A DNA stretch of 64,000 nt, taken from assembly GCA_951406725.2 (NCBI GenBank), contig OX597814.1:144956001-145020000 (forward strand), in the 5' to 3' direction. The DNA is from Octopus vulgaris. Taxonomy: Eukaryota. Made by a program: the position numbers and the translations under genes. This document shows positions 12,216 to 26,132 of the stretch, piece by piece. Under the pieces are notes generated by a model that worked only from the letters and a program-made list of their open reading frames with translations, was not told the origin of the DNA and ran no database searches. Numbering within the stretch: the stretch's first letter is position 1; every line of letters starts with the position of its first letter.

Positions 12216-13935
12216 TGTTATTATCTCAACCCAAGTAATTATTCAATCTCGGAATGATGAAAGACAACAGAATTGGAATATGTGTTTCTAAAATACGCGC
12301 AAATCTTATGGACAGTGTATCAATCGATTTTATCTACTCTAGTAATCGACTGGTATTCAAATATGTAACATAACCCTTACCTTAGAGTACTGGTTCCGAA
12401 AAGTGAGCCATAGATTTTTAAAATTACAGTTTAAGGTTTTAGAAAACCTGTAATAATGCTCTCACATGAAAAACGTGCTGTTCATAATTTTTATTGTACA
12501 TTGAAAAGGATGATTAATAAAATAAGGTGATCAATAGTCAATTTTATTTTATTTTCCAAATTAAAAAAAAAAATTGTTTTAAAACCGTCCATGTAAATTG
12601 CGTCAGTGTTATTTAGTTTTTATCTCCGGTGCGCCACGAAGCTGAGAAGACTGGGAACTACTGCCTGAGCGGATTATAGAAAAGCTAAGTGAAACGTGAA
12701 ATAAAGATTCGTTATTTGATATCTTCTGGAGTAGATGTAAATAAATTATCTCATATACTGTCTCCGATTTATTTAGTTGGATAAAAATTGGTATTACAAG
12801 GATTAAACGACGTGGAAAAAATGAGGATGACATGAGCTTAACACGTGTTTATATACTGGAAAGAAGGCAAAGTTAACATATGTTGACAGTCACAATATAG
12901 GCGACTCAAGAAATTTTTTTTTTGTAATTTCGAGAAGGGATTATTCCTCGGCGCCTCGAGTGAAGAAAGGCAATGAATAGTTGTGTATTTATGACGCATT
13001 AATGATTATAGAACATGGCTGTAAATGATAACACAAAATCCAAGATGTCACCAAAGAATTAACAGCAATATAATCTCCAAATCTCTCACTGCCATACTAA
13101 TATTTCCGACACGAAAAAGAACATTAAGAAGGAGCCTCTATACGGACGCTCGTGCTGCTAAAAATAGCAGCAAAAATTCTCTCGTCAATCATTACCGTAC
13201 GGTTGGGACGTCTTTGACAATATGTTTACTCAGTCAGGTCAGACCTGGGGCTAAAAAAGCCATCACTACACAACTACAACATTACTAAGTATTGAAATAA
13301 TAATTTCTTTCATAAGAACGAGGTAGGAAATTTGGGGAAAAGGAGAATCGGTTAAATTACATCGATTCTTTCCAGTATTTTTTTAGTTCATTATTATATC
13401 AGTTTTAGTACTTATAGTACTTTATAGTTGTTTCGAACATAAATACAAGACCTGAATTTTTGGTTTTTGCTAGAGAGAAGAGTTGGTTATATCTATACCA
13501 GTGTTTGGTACTTTATTTTTAATTTATCACCCCAAAAAGATGAAAGGCAATGTAGAAATCAGTACACAATAAACTCAAAATGTAAAAACATCGAAAAAAT
13601 ACCACTTCAAGTCTTCTGCCAATGTATTATTCTAAAATAAATAAAATTTCTGTCATGGACACAAGACAAGAAACACTTTTGGGAGAAGGATTAACCTGTT
13701 AAATCGACTTATGTAGGTGAATAGTTTATCCATTACAATGAATGACCTTTTCTAGAAATTTGGAATATAAAAGAAAAATCATTGAATAGCCTACCTTTTA
13801 CTGTCATCATAGTTGACTTTAGCGGGATTTGAACGCTGAACGTAATGGGCTGTAACTAAATAAGGCAATTAATTTTTTTCCGAAACCGCTAGCGATACTG
13901 CTGCCAAGCTATGGACCACAAGAAAGGGGAACGTA

Positions 13936-16641
13936 TTGGGTCAAACCATAAATAATGTGGTTTTTTTAATACTCCTTTTATACTTCAAAATTAAGATAAA
14001 GTCTTTTTTTAATCTAAAATATACTCTCCTTCATTTTCTACAACGCTCTTCCATCTATCTGGTAGACTTGCAAGGCTGCTCTTCCAAAATTCACTTGTCC
14101 GTGACGAAAAATACTCCCCCAGTACTGTTCTAACCTCGTCTACAGAGTTCATAATTTTTCTATCCAAATGATTTTGAAGACTACGGAAAAAATGATAATC
14201 TGATAGGGCAATATCCGGCGAACATTGTAGGTGGGCATTGTTTCCCATTGAAACTACTCCAGCCTTTGGAATGTCATCCTCGCTGTGTGTGGCCGAGCAT
14301 TATGTTGAAGGAAAAATACACTTCATTTTGAAACCAAAAAAGGTCGTTTCTCTTCGAGTACTGACTTGAGCCGCTCAAGCTGCTTGCAGTAGATCTTTGT
14401 TATCGTTTGGTTTGGGTTTAAAAGTTCAAAGTGAACTAAACCTTTCACATCCCACCAAAAAGGTAACAACACCTTATGTTGGTGAAAACTTTCTTTAGCC
14501 TGGAGTGCCAGTGTTTCTCCTTTCCCCATCCACTGTCTTCGGCGCTTGACATTTTTATGGAAAACCCATTTCTCGTCACCAGTCACTATTCAGTCCAAAA
14601 TGATTCATTCGTGAGACATGACAGCAAAGAAGAGCACACATTCACTCTCTGCATGCAATTAGCCTTGGAAAGTTTGTGAGGAACCCATTGACCCAATTTG
14701 CTGACTTTTCCGATGGCATGCAAGTGTCGATGAATTGTTGAATGAACAAATCCAAGCTTCTCTGCTAGTCCCTCGACAGTTACGATGGGTTTTATTCCAC
14801 CAGGTTTTACAGGACGTCCTCGTCGAGCTCTATAGATCTTCCAGGGTGAGGTTCGTCTTCTAGGCTGTAGTTTTGGCTCGGGATTTCTGGAACCACCGTT
14901 GACACTGGCTTAATTCGGATTCCATGAGCCCCGCCTCGCCTCGCCACTGATACCTGAGATACGCCTTGTGTCGCAATCATGAAGTTACATTCACACGCAA
15001 CATCCTTGCTACATTCTTCCATCGATTTTCGAACATTTTCACAGTCAGGCATTTTCTCTCTAGCCCTGTTTTCCTTTTAAGGTGAAAGGTGAAGTAATTC
15101 ACCAATTCAGGGCCAGGGATGAAGGTGCCTGACTTTAACCCTTTCAGCCTCGACTTCCAAATCACCTCTCTCGCAATTGCTACTACAATGACGAAACAAT
15201 TCTTACCTTTTTCCGAAAAGAAATCAGTTGGGTCAATTTTTACTACAGACTCAGTCGATAGCTGTACTCTTCCTGCACTTGACAGCAGTTGTTTAGCATA
15301 AACCCACATGCCTGACACATCCGAATACTGAACAATAGCGCGCGGGACGGTTTCCCTATCCCGCTCACATCTTGGACAGGTCGAAGGGCATTGGCCACCA
15401 TGCCTTGTGAGCTTGTCCCGAACAGGCAAGGCTCCTCGGTGACACTGCCATGCCAGAGACTTCTGAAAGTTGGTCAGGGACTTCGGCTCGAATGAACGTT
15501 GGAACAGACTGTCCAGCTGATTATCGTCGAGAACTTAGGGTTTCCCCTAAGGTATCATCACGTTCCGCCTCTACAAGCCCTCTATAAAAGAATTCGGTAG
15601 AACCTCCATCACAGGCATTGCCCAAGCGACGGAATAGCTGCAGAGCCTTGCGACACTCCGTAAACTATGTACCCAACTTCGATCTTCGATAGAACCAGGT
15701 TTCCCGTCCATCGAAACTAGTGAACTTGGGAAACATCCGTTTCGCTAGAGGAGACCACACCCATTCACCATCCACGTTGTAAGTTTTGTAGATTATTCTT
15801 TTCTTATTAATTTGTTTTATTGTTTCTGTTGGAGGGGCTACTTTATTTCCGTCCCCTCCTTTTTTTAAACATAGACATAAACATTTTAAAATTATTTTTC
15901 TCTTTGTTAATTTGTCTCTCCTTCTTTTCTGCTGCCTCAGCAAAGTTTACCCTTTTTTGCGACACCGCTGGTGTTTTTTCTTCTTCACCTGTTACAAAAA
16001 ACAGGCATATCAATAATTAAATTACTTGGCCAGTTCATTGAACTCAATGGTGACTCCATGATGTTTTTTTTTTAAACAAAACGCAATTTACGGCAAAACG
16101 CCGAACACAGAAAAATTTGCGCTACGCCCCACAGAATTGGCTCAAAGCAGCACAGTTCAACAATAATTCCCCCACGGGGTGGGGAGGATTATTGGAAACA
16201 AGCCGCTTCAACGAAGCAATAAAAAGTTCTTCAAGAAAAACAATCACAAAACAACCTCAACTCACCGCAACAACACAACAAATTCAGCAAATGACAAAGG
16301 AAGCACCGGCAAGATGTTGACACGACAAGAAACTTGCTCAAAGAAAAATTTGATTTTTTATTGCCAACAAGGGGCCAACATAGATAGGACAACGCAAAGA
16401 CATGTGGGCACAAAAACATGTGGGAACACAAAACATGTGGGGACAAAGACATGTAGGGACACAAAACTTAAAATAAAATTACAAATAAAATTATAAAAAT
16501 GATATGAAATGAAAAAAATGGAAATGAGCTGCCTGCACCACACAATTACTACAATGTGATGCAGGTAGTTTACCCCGTCCCCTTCCGAAGTTCAATTCAT
16601 ATAATTGAAAAAAAACCCGCATTATTTATGGGATGACCCAG
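13936..16641 (-). mobile_element. Mariner (DD34D-type) DNA transposon, decayed, with nested Tx1-like insertion
   Basis: TIRs TA|ttgggtcaaaccataaataatgtgg and ccgcattatttatgggatgacccag|TA. Transposase remnants at 14009-14910: QCQRWFQK, SLEDEPHPGR, TGDEKWV, HNARPH, SPDIALSDYHFFRSLQ. Confidence 0.93.
14912..16545 (-). mobile_element. Internally deleted, rearranged Tx1/L1-clade LINE
   Basis: ORF2 C-terminus PVRDKL..CPRC..ETV (zf-RVT-like) at 14977-15429. It is fused near 15778 to an ORF1 N-terminus (VAPPTETIKQINKKRIIYKTY, homologous to LSPPPQETLNNMKKRTMLYRTF at 134-200). A 5'UTR runs to ~16345 and a 3' tail with AATAAA lies at 16354-16545. Confidence 0.8.
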
Positions 16642-16659
16642 TATATGTCGATTAAATCC

Positions 16660-16790
16660 ATGAACATCAGCCGATACCTTATTTTTATCGACCCGGATGT
16701 TAGCGCCACAGGGTAATTTGAACTGAGAACTTACAAAGCAGTAATTAAAGGCATTTTGTCCGACCTTCTAACGATTCTGCCAACTCGTTC
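16660..16790 (-). mobile_element. SINE family A, degenerate
   Basis: tttatcgaccc...atttgaactgagaac...taacgattctgccaactcg. Confidence 0.7.
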
Positions 16791-17159
16791 CTCCGAGTAA
16801 AACAACAGCAACAACAAAAATGGAATGAAAAACCTAAAAAAATAGCAGAAAAAGCTGAATACAAATAAAAGAAATAAGTCTCGCGCACTATAATTCTCGT
16901 AATATTGAAATATTCATCTTGTTTATTTGCACCCCCTTTTCCCCACAGGATCTCAACAATAACAGCTGATATATAATTCATTGTTTCTAAATATTTAGCT
17001 GCAAGTCAAAAAGGATATCCGGAAAGCGCTGTGCTGTAATCACATAAAATTCCATTGTAATTTTTAGTAACGGTTGAGAGAGATTTCATTTATTCTTTAT
17101 ATTCTTTTTTTAAGAATAAACTTTGTTATATTGATTTTTGCCGAAGTTGCTATGAAGTC

Positions 17160-17255
17160 ACTACTACTACTACTACTACTACGACTACTACTGCTGCTGC
17201 TGCTGCTGCTACTACTACTACTACTACAACAACAACAAAAAATTGCTACTACCAC
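17160..17255. repeat. Compound (CTA)n/(CTG)n/(CAA)n microsatellite
   Basis: Read directly from the sequence. Confidence 0.95.
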
Positions 17256-17846
17256 TCGAATAACTCCAACCATATCCTACCATGTTAAAAAAAGGATACA
17301 CTATATAAAGGCGGGGTTGTCACGGTTGGAATTACCTTTGGTCATAAAACTACTTGATCAGAGTTGACCTGGGGTTAAACAATATCAGCAGCAATGTGGA
17401 ATTTTGGGGAAATAGTAATGGTTTCGAATTTTGGCACAAAGCCAGCAAGTTTGTAGAGCACTGGGGTCGAAGTAATTGTCTTACCCCTTAGAAAGCGTAG
17501 TGTATGTGTGTGTGCGGGGTGGTGGGAGCTTACTCGCTGCTGACCCGTCCACGCAAGAGGTTGTACCGGACTTCATGCTACCAACAACAGTCGTAATCGA
17601 CCTTATATTTATAGAAGTGTGCTCTGTCTTTTACGGTGAGTGGTTCTCTGCATACTGCTTTTCCAATTAATGGATGTAACCTATTTTGCACTTTTTTTGC
17701 CTTACTGGTGCAATTATCTGGTTCATCCACTTCCTGCTTCCGACCACTGCAGAAAAGCTGCAGCATATGCCGATATTAATATTATCCAATCTTTTGGCTT
17801 TATCTCTTTGTATCAAACTCCACCCTTCCAGTGTGCGGGGCTGTAT

Positions 17847-17879
<33 letters not shown>

Positions 17880-18039
17880 AACTCCAAGAAAGTGAGGAGT
17901 TGTGGGTCAAGGGATAATATCTATCCAATATACCGTTGGTATAATACCTAATTATTAATACACAAGTTTTTTATTGCATTGCAATTAACTTAGTGTATTA
18001 AATGGGTGAAGGTAAAGAGATATATTACCCTTAATTTAT

Positions 18040-18329
18040 ATTGCAAATACGAAAATGGAGGAGAACAATAGGTAGTTCATCAACTTTAGGACATTAAAAT
18101 GTTAACTTATTTATTTATTTATTAAAATTCATAATTATAATAACATGCATATAGCATATTATTCTATGCATATAAAATAAGAATACAAGCAATTATTAAA
18201 AAAACATGAATATAAATTATTAAAATCACTTACATCTGTTTCAGCCCATAGATAAAAGGATCTCATTCTGCCCATGTCCTAAAGTTGATAAACCAACTAT
18301 TGTGCTTCTCCATTTTCTTATTTGCGATA
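18040..18329. repeat. Inverted repeat (~55-bp arms) in a microsatellite-flanked insert
   Basis: gcaaatacgaaaatggaggagaacaataggtagttcatcaactttaggacat versus atgtcctaaagttgataaaccaactattgtgcttctccattttcttatttgc. Confidence 0.8.
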
Positions 18330-18337
18330 TACATACA

Positions 18338-18384
<47 letters not shown>

Positions 18385-18724
18385 CAGCATTGCGTGCTAG
18401 ACTCGGTATGATTTTAGTTGTTCTCAATATTTTATTTTAACTTCTACAAATCACTAAACTTTGAATGAATTATTTTGAATCTGAGATCATTTGTGTATTT
18501 ATACCTATTATATTTCTAGCGTTGAACTGAATTCAGTTTTTCACATTTATAGGACTTTTCCATAATACTCTTTTATAGTTTTCTCCGTTAGTTCAATGTA
18601 CTGTATCAGTTTAGCAAAGCATTAAATATTTGTATGGGTGGTGGTGATACAATTCTCTGAATTACATTTTAGTTAAATTGCCTCATATAGTAACTTTGAC
18701 ACATTTTCTATTCCTATACTAACT

Positions 18725-19630
18725 TTGTGGAACACAGAACGGAGAATTGGAATTTTGCTAGAGCTGACAGTTCCATGGGAAGAGAACATCACTAATGCAG
18801 AGCAACGGAGGAAGAGGTACAAAAATTTAACCGAAGAGTGCAGAGAACAGGGATGGACTGTCGAGTATTACCACCTGCCAGTAGGGGCTAGAGGCTTCAT
18901 TGAAAGAAAAATGACAACGTTATTCAAAAGAGGGTTTGCGTTTTCGAGCTCAGAGCTGAGAAAAGTAATAAGGAGGATACAGGAAGCAGTCAAAAAAGCC
19001 AGCTTCTATATATGGCTGAAGCGAGAAGACCGAAAATGGCTAGAAAGCCATTACATATCGTCTGGGAAATAGCATCGCTAGGTGAGACTGGCTGACACTT
19101 AAGCAGCATCGCTGATTGACAAGTAGCGATCTCGTTCATAGCGCCCCTCTCCCTGGTTTGAAGGCTTGTACGACCAAACAGCTGGTCGGCTCTGGCTGCT
19201 GGAACTGAAACTAACACGACACTGTTGGAAGACAGGTTTAGAGAGGGCGCGGGCTAAGATTACGCGCCCTTCCCCTCCATTGGTCAGTTGAAGTTTAGAC
19301 AGTCATGCGACAACTAGCTGGTGCTGGCTGCTGGAGCCTACCAACGAGTATCGAAAGGAAAATTTGGCAGGATGGTCAATCGCCCGCTGACACTCGTTGA
19401 AACTGCATCGAAGAGGGCAGGGGACAGAAGAAAGGAGAAAAAAAAGAAATGCACTCAACACCAGAGCTGAAGACACCTCCGAAATGGTGGGGGGTCCCGC
19501 CACGTCGAAAACGGTAGAGTAGTAGGGGCCGAAACCAGACGTGGTTCCTCCTGATGATGTCTTTAACCACTGGATCCTATAAAGGATCTGTTGAGGTAGC
19601 AAACCTGGAAACGCGGTTGGAATTCCTCGT
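18725..19630 (+). mobile_element. 5'-truncated HERO-like non-LTR retrotransposon (restriction-like endonuclease plus 3'UTR)
   Basis: LELTVPWEE..AEQRRKRYKNL.EEC..QGW....PVGARGF..ASFYIWLKR matches the HERO RLE C-terminus. Stop at 19072, followed by a GC-richer 3'UTR. Confidence 0.85.
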
Positions 19631-21313
19631 AAGCAACGTTAATATATTCTTCAGATGATTATTGTCCATTGTAACCAGTTTTAAGTAACCAATATGCAAA
19701 AGGTGCTTTGGAATTTGTGCGTAGTATTTCTAACGATCGACGGTTTCTTTTACCGGGTTTGGTAATGGATGCAAAGCTTTTAGAGGAGCTGAAGGGATAA
19801 GTTGTTTCTATTTTCTTAAACCGGTTATGATACTTATGGGTGTAGAGGTGAATATTTTTAATCAGTAATACTATTGTTTATTGTGTGAGAAATACATCAC
19901 AAGTTTCTATAAGTGGGAAATAAGCTAACCGTTTGATCTCGTGCATAGAAAAGTTCAAAATTAACCAATAAGATGTGAGAGTAGTTTAGCAATATTTAGA
20001 GATAATGGTTATACCTTATTTTGCAACGTGCCTCTATGTTGTCGTACAGGTTATCTGTCGAAGTTTTAAGAGATATGTTGGTGTATCATCGATCGCAGCA
20101 GTACCGATTACATATAGGATCATGGAATATTTTCTGAACTACAATAATCATTTTCATTGAATGATCATGGAATATTTCCAGCTTCCTTCTGAACAATAAT
20201 CATTTGGTATTATTATGCTGGTCACCATTATATTATTTTAATTTTTGTCATGAAAATAGTGTACGGTTTATGAAATATGTGGTCGTAGTCTCTCTTTCTC
20301 TCTCTCCGTTCGTAATCTTACGATATTTTCACATTGTCACTTTATATCATAAAGAGAGATTCTTATGCATACTGCATAACTTTTTCACGCATAAGAGGAA
20401 ATGTTTTGTAAGGTTTATGTTGAGCATCTTCACTTTAGTATTTTGTCTTCAAGAACATAGTGGTTGAATGGGATGTTTCTTAGAAAATATTCCACACAAG
20501 CGATATTTGTCATTTATAGTATAAGAATTATAGTTATTCCTTTGAATATGTTTAGTGGTGATTGCTATCTTCGGTATGCCGAATATTATTGTTGCAGTTG
20601 CCTCTGAAATCTGGCTAGATTGGCTTATTCAGGCTAGAATTAATTTCGGTAGCGAAAGCTTTTTCAGATTAAACACCAACCAGTACTTTGTACAAAGCAC
20701 ACATTCTAAGAAGATGGCAAAGGAAAGCCGAAAATTTCTATTTAAATTATATACTTATTATTCCTACAATAACTCACTTTTTTCTACTCCACTGAATTTT
20801 AGCATCGAGAACTCAATGTGCATGCGAGATACATTTATTTCCAAAAAACAAGTTAATTATGTTATTTGAAGTAACAAGTTAATTTACTTAACACAAGTTC
20901 AGTTGAAGTAAACATATTTAATGCAGGAAACATCAAAAAGATCTTTGTAAAAAAAAAGAGTAAATTATTCTCTGAATATTTCAAAAGTTTCTAAACACTC
21001 ACATATCACTTTATTACTTTGTTAATTATACAATTTTTTTTCGTTTCTTCGCAATTTATGTTTTAGTGTAATTTCCCGAGTATTAATTTTTTTGTGTATA
21101 TATACTTGCTGTGTTTGAAGTTCGTATGTTCAACTGTTTGTGCTTCGTCTCCATTATTGTATGAATTTATACTTGTGAAACATTGAAGCTTAAATGATAA
21201 ACGTTGCTAAATTGTATGCATTGTTGTTACTGTTAGTGTGGTGTATTATCACTGAAATATTTCGATGATAGTGATCTTTGAAAAGAACAGAGAAGGTATT
21301 CTCTTTCTTTCAG

Positions 21314-21351
21314 TCTACTACTACTACTACTACTACTACTGCTGCTGCTAT

Positions 21352-21441
<90 letters not shown>
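21314..21441. repeat. Compound (CTA)n/(CTG)n microsatellite
   Basis: Read directly from the sequence. Confidence 0.95.
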
Positions 21442-21587
21442 ATGTAAACATAATACACACACACACACAGCTAGTTCATTTATGCAAATTATCATAAGCT
21501 GTAACAGTCCACTATTCCCGTTGCAAGTCTAAATCTTATATCAGCTTGAGACAAGGTAGGGCATTTACTCTTGTGATGAAACCTATT

Positions 21588-21760
21588 CTTTTCTACTCTA
21601 GGTACAAAGCCCGAAATTTTGGGGGAGGGGGCTGATTGATTAGATCGACACCCAGTACGCAGCTTGAACTTAATTTATCGACCCCGAAAGGATGAAAGGC
21701 AAAGTCGACCTCGGCGGAATTTGAATTCAGAACGTAAAGACAGATGAAATACCGCTAAGC
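21588..21760 (-). mobile_element. SINE family A
   Basis: ttttctactctaggtacaaagcccgaaatttt...gaaaggatgaaaggcaaagtcgacctcggcggaatttg. Confidence 0.9.
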
Positions 21761-24564
21761 TCGGCTTAGTGATGAAACTTATTGAAGCAGAAATATGTTT
21801 ACAGCTGCCATCTTGCTTCCTGAAAAATAAAAACTAAAATGATAAAAAAAAACAGACAAAAAATCCAGGCTTTTCTTCAATGCATATCAATTCCAGAAAA
21901 TTTTTGATTCTTCAGATTACCTACCCTGCACATTCGGACTTGATCACAATAGCTACTACGTATTTGTCTACCATCTCTCGAAGTTTCAATAAATCAAGAC
22001 TTTATCTTGAACGGTGTTTAATATATCTTTAGTTGTTCAAATTCACGTCACTGGTCACAGTGTGATGTTTCTCTTAGATCAATTTTGGGATGCACTGCCG
22101 CCCACATACTCACACATGTATTTGTATGAGTGTGTGCGTCTTTATTTTCTCTCTGTATATCTTCCCCTACTCTTTCAATAGTGCTTCATCTTTCACTGAA
22201 TTACAATTTAGTTATCATTACTCGACATTCCTTTTGGAAAGGGCCTCGATAAAAAAAACACCCCTCTTGTTCATAGGTATTTACAGGCAGGGCGGGATGA
22301 TCAATCGAGAGCTATTGAACTTACAGATTCTTGGTAGACTTTGATAAACGTGTACAAGAAGGAACTGTTATGATGTCTTTTGACCTATTAGAAATAAAAA
22401 CCAAATTCTCTGACGTCACATATTGAACTATAAATGGACAAATGTACAAAGGTATGAGAGGGAAAGTTAATGTATGACTGTTCTTGAATATGTTTGCTCG
22501 AGCAGAGCTGACATGATCTTATCATTCGCAACCTCCTCCTCATGATTAGCATTGACAACGAAAACAACAACTACAATATTTGGAAGGAGTAAAAACATCG
22601 TTCATACAACTTTCCACACAGAAGTCATCACCTTCATCACAAATTCTGTTGATCAAGTCCTGGCAACGTCAGCCTTGTCTTTCATTCTGTCGGGGTGCAG
22701 AAAAATGTACCAATCCAAGGCAGGGAATTGGCGGAACTGTAGAACTATCAGAGCGGATAACTTTTCCAATTTGTTTCAGGTTTATGCATTCTACAAATCC
22801 CGTTATGGCCTACTAGGGTAGTAGACATAACCCGTTGCACAGTTTCACACCACCACCCGGTACCTTGGGTGCAAGCATCCGGGTTGGGTTCCTAGTGTGA
22901 CGATAAATTCCTGTTTAAGGATAGCTAATTAGTCTTGGAATCAATGTAACGGGTTATGAGTATTGCCTTCTTCCTCGACTAAAGGAGAATTCACCATGGA
23001 ACTTATTTTTAGGTATGTGTCTTGTTGAATTCAAATTCCGTCGTATTCAGCTTTACTATTATTCCTTCGAGATTCAGTAAAATTTATATTAATGATTAAG
23101 TCGATCATCCTACTTTTCTACATTTGTATATTACTTAGTGTCATATTTAAAAATGATTTTTAATTTCATTATCGCTGTTAACATTATTTAGATGCTGGCC
23201 AGACCGATGAGGTGGACTGATTATGAAAGGCTTTCCTTGCCTGGAACATCATATGTTTAGTATTTCTACAGCTACATTGTCCAAAGTATCCTTCTTTATT
23301 ATCACAATCAGGGGTGATGTAAGGAAATCTTTTTCGTAACTTCAAACAGGTCAAACGATTGCAAAGGTAGTCCGTTGTTGGTTCGTATTATTGTTGAGTG
23401 GGCAGGAAGGAAGTAGAATTAAGGCACATCCCTAAATATCTTCTCTGGTATATAGGTTCTTTTACGTTCTAAGTTGAATTCAAGTACGACCGAGGTCAGT
23501 TTTGTTGTTTGTCTTTCCAGGATCAATAGAGTGTCAGTCCTTATATGATGTCGATTTCTCACTCTTTCATTCTCTTTTATTCTGGAAGAAATTGGCTGTG
23601 GGTCGACCTGTAGGAAGGTCCAGTTCCGTCAGGTCTAAAAAAGGTGTCCAACAGGCGACATATATCAGGTCTATACTGCAACACCTCCAACAGGAGTCGC
23701 GAGTTCAAGGCAAAGGAAGACATGGTCATGTGGTTATTGAGTTTGATCAACACCAACAACGTTTCGGATACGATCCGTCGGTATATATCATTCCAGTGCA
23801 CAAGTGCTAAGTACGTAAACCAACAGCCTGTAAGTATATTTTGAAGCGTTAGTCGGTTAAAGCTTATCACTAGGCTCTTTTGTACGTTGAGCATCCTGGC
23901 TTTTCCATTTCTTCTTTCGTGACTGATAAACCGACAGAAAATACGAACCAGTAATACACTGCTTCGATGAAATTGAACAGAATCCTATTCCCAAATATTT
24001 GACTGTCTGCCAAGTTTTAGAAATCAATGCAAGCTTAATCTTCAAACGGAAAGAAAGAGAAGTAGAGCGTTTAAACTTAGATTCGATTGAAACAGAGAAA
24101 CCCCGAACACGCAGACACACGGACGTATCAGCACTTACAATATATATTCATACACACACATAAACGCGTAGACACACACATTCACATACGATCATTCCCC
24201 CCTCACCACATTTATATACAAACACATAGATATAAACACACGTATTCCTTGTATTGTTGGTTAGCGGTTTGTCAATAACGTTGCATTAATACAGCCGTTT
24301 GTGTGGCTGGGTGAATAACCTCTCGTGGTCACAGTTCACACGTAACTATGCTTATGAGACTTGCTTTTCACACAGTACTATTTCAAAGTATTGACTTTAA
24401 TATGATATTTCTAACATCGATTAGATAAAGTTTCAAATAGAAATATTTATGTCCCGACAGTAAACTACGTGAAATAACTAAAGGAATTTTCTTTTTTTTT
24501 CTCTATATTCTTAATGTATTTCCTAGTCAGAAGTATATATATCAAATATTTCTGATCTTCTTTC

Positions 24565-24620
24565 CGATGTATATATGTGTGTATATATAAATGTGTGTAT
24601 ATATAAATGTGTATATATAA

Positions 24621-24667
<47 letters not shown>

Positions 24668-24709
24668 ATCTTCTACTTGCTTCAGTCATATATATGTGTG
24701 TATGTATAA

Positions 24710-24749
<40 letters not shown>

Positions 24750-25178
24750 ATATGTGTGTATAAACACGTTTATGTATGTATGTATGTAATTATGTATGTA
24801 TTTGTATGTATATATATATATATATATATAATATTTTACTGGCTTCAGTCGATGGACTGCAGCCAAGTAGAGGCACCATCTTAAATAGTTTAGTCGGACA
24901 AATCGACCACAGTATCTATTTTTTTTTTAGCCTGTCGTTCTTTTTTTCCGGAACCCTAATTTTTAGGCACTCAAACAAATTAATATCGGCCGTCAAGCGC
25001 TGTAGCGGCAGATATACGGATGTGAGGTCGTCCATCCCCACAGTTCTAATCTACCAAATTTACTCGAATGGCATTGTTCGGTCAGGAGTTATAGTAAAAA
25101 AGTTGCTCAATGTACCGCACAATGGAACTAAACTCAACACCTAGAGAATCAACTTTTTTAATCACATAGCAAGGCCTG

Positions 25179-25259
<81 letters not shown>

Positions 25260-26085
25260 TATTTAATCAGATAGGATCAATCAGATAGGATCAATCAGAT
25301 AAAGTATGCTCATCTTGTTACCACAGAAAAATTAGGTGCTCATGGCTTTTTCTTGTGCAGACATACTAGGACTCAGCTAAACTGGGAAGTTTAATTTGCC
25401 TAATACAAGAGCAGAAAATATCAAATATTAAATATGTCATTGTACATCACATTTCTTGTTTGTATGAACTCTAAAAAAACTTTAAGTTATTTATTTATCT
25501 CTCTGTCGACAGAAGATGGGTAATATGTATCTGCTGAAACGTTTCAGGGATTACAAGCTATTCAGATCGATGTAAGTATTTCTGCTCATAGAGGGATAAA
25601 ACTTGAAGTGAAAACACTTTATACAACGAAACAAACGATGCATGTTAAATAAAAAAAAGATATACCTTGCATTTTATATAACCAAAAAATAAAACGAAGC
25701 AACTCCACCTACAAAAAAAGAATGGGTAATATAGTTCATTATAGATGAGTTTATTAATCTAAACTGTCAGCGCATGTACTGTTATGCAAATTAGACTAAC
25801 CAGTCTAAATGAATCGCAGTTTGCTTACACTTTAAAAAGCTATAAACCACGAGCTGTCCGTGGGGAGAAAACAAGAATTGTTCTTCTAATTGAAGTCTAC
25901 TGACACTTGATAAACAGTCAAGTTTCTCCTAATATTTCTGTTCACGGAGAGGCAAAGCCCTTGGGTGTAACACTTTTATTTACTTTTCATAGCTTGATTA
26001 AATTGTTTTGTTTATTAAGAAATGATATTTTACATTTCAGATGTTTTTTTGTTTCTATGTATGTATGTGTATTTATGTATGCATA

Positions 26086-26132
<47 letters not shown>

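Noticed and set aside
16395-16465. Short ~19-bp repeats (acaaaaacatgtggg), superficially CRISPR-like
   Set aside because: Tandem with no unique spacers, inside a LINE 3'UTR in eukaryotic DNA.
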